Assembly: GCF_009914755.1 (NCBI RefSeq)
Contig: NC_060944.1
Direction: 5' to 3' (one strand)
DNA from: the human T2T-CHM13v2.0 reference genome, Homo sapiens
DNA length: 64,000 nucleotides
Made by a program: the position numbers and the translations under genes. The notes beneath the pieces were generated by a model. That model did no database searches, had not been told where the DNA came from, and saw only the letters and a program-made list of their open reading frames with translations. Shown here piece after piece: positions 62,474 through 64,000 of this stretch (the first letter of the stretch is position 1; each line of letters starts with the position of its first letter).

Positions 62474-62720
62474 CAGACCCAAAATAAAAATTAAATTTAA
62501 AAAGCAGCATGGGAAGACAGATGACAAATCTGTGCTGGGATCGCCTGGAATCTCGGTCTATATGGGGGTCTCACACTCAAAAGTAAAAATAAAATTTAAA
62601 AGGGGGATGACAGAGATGAGAGCCCAATTAGGTCTGTGCTGGGTTCACTTGGGGTCTCGGTCTACTTAGGGTCTCAGACTCAAAAATAAAATTTTAAAAA
62701 TGAAAGGGGGAGGTGACAGT
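62474..62720. repeat. Diverged ~104-bp tandem repeat (about 2.5 copies)
   Basis: tctgtgctggg..tctcggtcta..gggtctca.actcaaaa at 62529 and 62633, partial earlier copy at 62474. Confidence 0.85.
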
Positions 62721-63065
62721 TCAATGTGTGCACGTGATGACCACTTGGGATCCAGTTCACTTGCTGGGAGGACAGGGGACAGGTACCTCTGTGCCCGGCC
62801 TCCAGGTTCTCCGGGAGCGCAGGCGCCCAGCGAGAATCTGGGCTAAGTTTAACTCGAGGGCGACGGGAGCAGTGCCCGAGGGCCAGGCTGCGGCTTTCTG
62901 GAAACAAAGCCCCGGGGGTCCAAGCCCAGATCCAGGGAAGGGGGTCGGACGCCCACCCATCCCCCTCCCCAGCCTCCCAGCCACCGACCCCTGCACAGAG
63001 GAGCGCCCTCCCGGCAGGTGCCCCTAACCCGGCGCCCCGACCCCCGCGCCCGGCGCGCGCCTCAC

Positions 63066-63171
63066 CCAGCAGCGCCCGCAGGTGCTTCAGGCGGGTCAGC
63101 ACGTCCTTCTTCGGGTCCAGCACCTTCTGGGTGGACTTCTTCACATCCCCGTGGCTCCTTCGGGAGAACAT
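63066..63171 (-). CDS. RALGAPA2: RALGAPA2 coding exon 1 (106 nt, [35 protein letters not shown] + first base of D36)
   Basis: ATG at 63171-63169. Translation matches the RALGAPA2 N-terminus as I recall it. Donor G|GTGAG at 63065-63061. Lies in a CpG island. Confidence 0.97.
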
Positions 63172-63229
63172 CCCGCGGCAGGAAGCCCGGGCCCCGCCGG
63201 CGGGGCAGTAGGCGCCTGCGCCACGCGAA

Positions 63230-63238
63230 TCAAAGCAT
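63230..63238 (-). promoter_or_regulatory. Minimal upstream ORF ATG-CTT-TGA in RALGAPA2 5' UTR
   Basis: Reverse complement of tcaaagcat; ATG 67 nt upstream of and out of frame with the main ATG. Confidence 0.7.
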
Positions 63239-63290
63239 AGGGTCGAGGCCGGCGCGTGTCGCGCGGGCCACTCGCCGCCCCCAGCCCCGC

Positions 63291-63294
<4 letters not shown>

Positions 63295-63336
<42 letters not shown>
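63295..63336 (-). repeat. (GGC)14 / (GCC)14 trinucleotide repeat at the 5' UTR / TSS region
   Basis: 14 uninterrupted GCC units on the + strand, preceded by GCTGCT. Confidence 0.97.
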
Positions 63337-63591
63337 TCAGCTGTGTCTCCAGGAAGGAGGGGCGGGCCGGTCACGGCGAGGGGCGGGGCAGGAAGGCGGT
63401 GTCGACGGGGAACCGAAGGCCCCGCCCCGCGGGAGGTGCCGGCCGGCCCCTTGGGCGCTACGCACGCGCACACAGGCCGAACTCTCCTGGCGGGACACTA
63501 GCCCGTCCGCGCCAAAACCTAGCGGGGACGCGCTCAGAGGGCCGAGAAGGCGCCTCGAATCACAAAGGAGCTTCTCTCACGCACACGTTGT

Positions 63592-63611
63592 ACTACAAGT
63601 CCCGAGATGCA
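63592..63611 (+). promoter_or_regulatory. ZNF143/THAP11-type SBS motif ACTACAAGTCCCGAGATGCA
   Basis: Close match to ACTACAnnTCCCAnnATGC consensus. Confidence 0.75.
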
Positions 63612-63710
63612 CCGCGAGACAGTCCTCCAATCAGGCTGGCGGTCTTCGGCACGATGGGAGTCAGTGGGCCGGCATTGGGCACGTCGCCCCGCCCTGCCGC
63701 GGGCCGCAAG

Positions 63711-63730
63711 TGCTCCTGGGAAATGAAGTT
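63711..63730 (-). promoter_or_regulatory. ZNF143-type SBS motif AACTTCATTTCCCAGGAGCA
   Basis: Reverse-strand match to ACTACATTTCCCAGnAnGC consensus. Confidence 0.65.
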
Positions 63731-64000
63731 CTCCAGCAGGCGACGCGCTGCGACCTCTTTTCCAGGGTCGCAGAAGCGCAGGGCGGCCTCTGTCCGTCCC
63801 CTGCCCCGGCAGCCTAGATCGCCCGTGGTTTCACTCTCCCTCCTGCGCGCCCACCCCATTTTCCTCTAGTGCAACGTGAACCACACACGCCCAAAAATCT
63901 CAGTAAGAAAAGTGTCAAGGCTTTTCAAATGCAAACTATTTTTAGGTTTAGCTTCTGGATTCACACAAGGGAGCGAGTCGAAGCCCCTCTGACCGTGCCG

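Larger units (their letters stand above)
62780..63860. promoter_or_regulatory. CpG island / RALGAPA2 promoter and first exon
   Basis: Very high GC and CpG density against an AT-rich, CpG-poor window; GC boxes (e.g. GGGCGGGG at 63381), CCAAT at 63627-63631. Boundaries approximate. Confidence 0.92.

Noticed and set aside
62680-63065. 163-aa ORF continuing from exon 1 into intron 1
   Set aside because: Only the first 35 codons match RALGAPA2; a canonical donor is present and the rest is GC-rich intron read-through.
63018-63869. 283-aa + strand ORF with poly-Arg (and the 81-aa poly-Ala ORF at 63256)
   Set aside because: Non-ATG starts, low complexity; long stop-free frames are expected in CpG islands; antisense to exon 1.

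Overview
Primate (almost certainly human) genomic DNA carrying the 5' end of RALGAPA2 (Ral GTPase-activating protein catalytic alpha-2 subunit) on the minus strand. It contains the CpG-island promoter, a (GGC)14 repeat upstream of the start codon, and coding exons 1-4 (63066-63171, 31382-31492, 26926-26978, 4218-4275). All four exons have canonical splice sites and splice into one continuous frame; the gene continues beyond position 1. The introns are mostly interspersed repeats (about 25 Alu copies or fragments, L1, L2, MIR, MaLR/ERV LTRs, MER DNA-transposon fossils). The most unusual item is an EIF4E2 (4EHP) retrocopy in intron 3. It looks semi-processed: spliced N-terminal coding sequence runs into GTGAGT, then about 770 nt of non-mRNA sequence, AATAAA, an A-rich tail and a target-site duplication, as expected for a fossil of an intronically polyadenylated EIF4E2 isoform. 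Other points: the poly-Gly frame of the GGC repeat is open into the RALGAPA2 ATG; there is a two-codon uORF, three ZNF143-type promoter motifs, and inverted Alu pairs bracketing the small frameshifting exons 3 and 4. Repeat subfamily names and most repeat boundaries are by eye and approximate.
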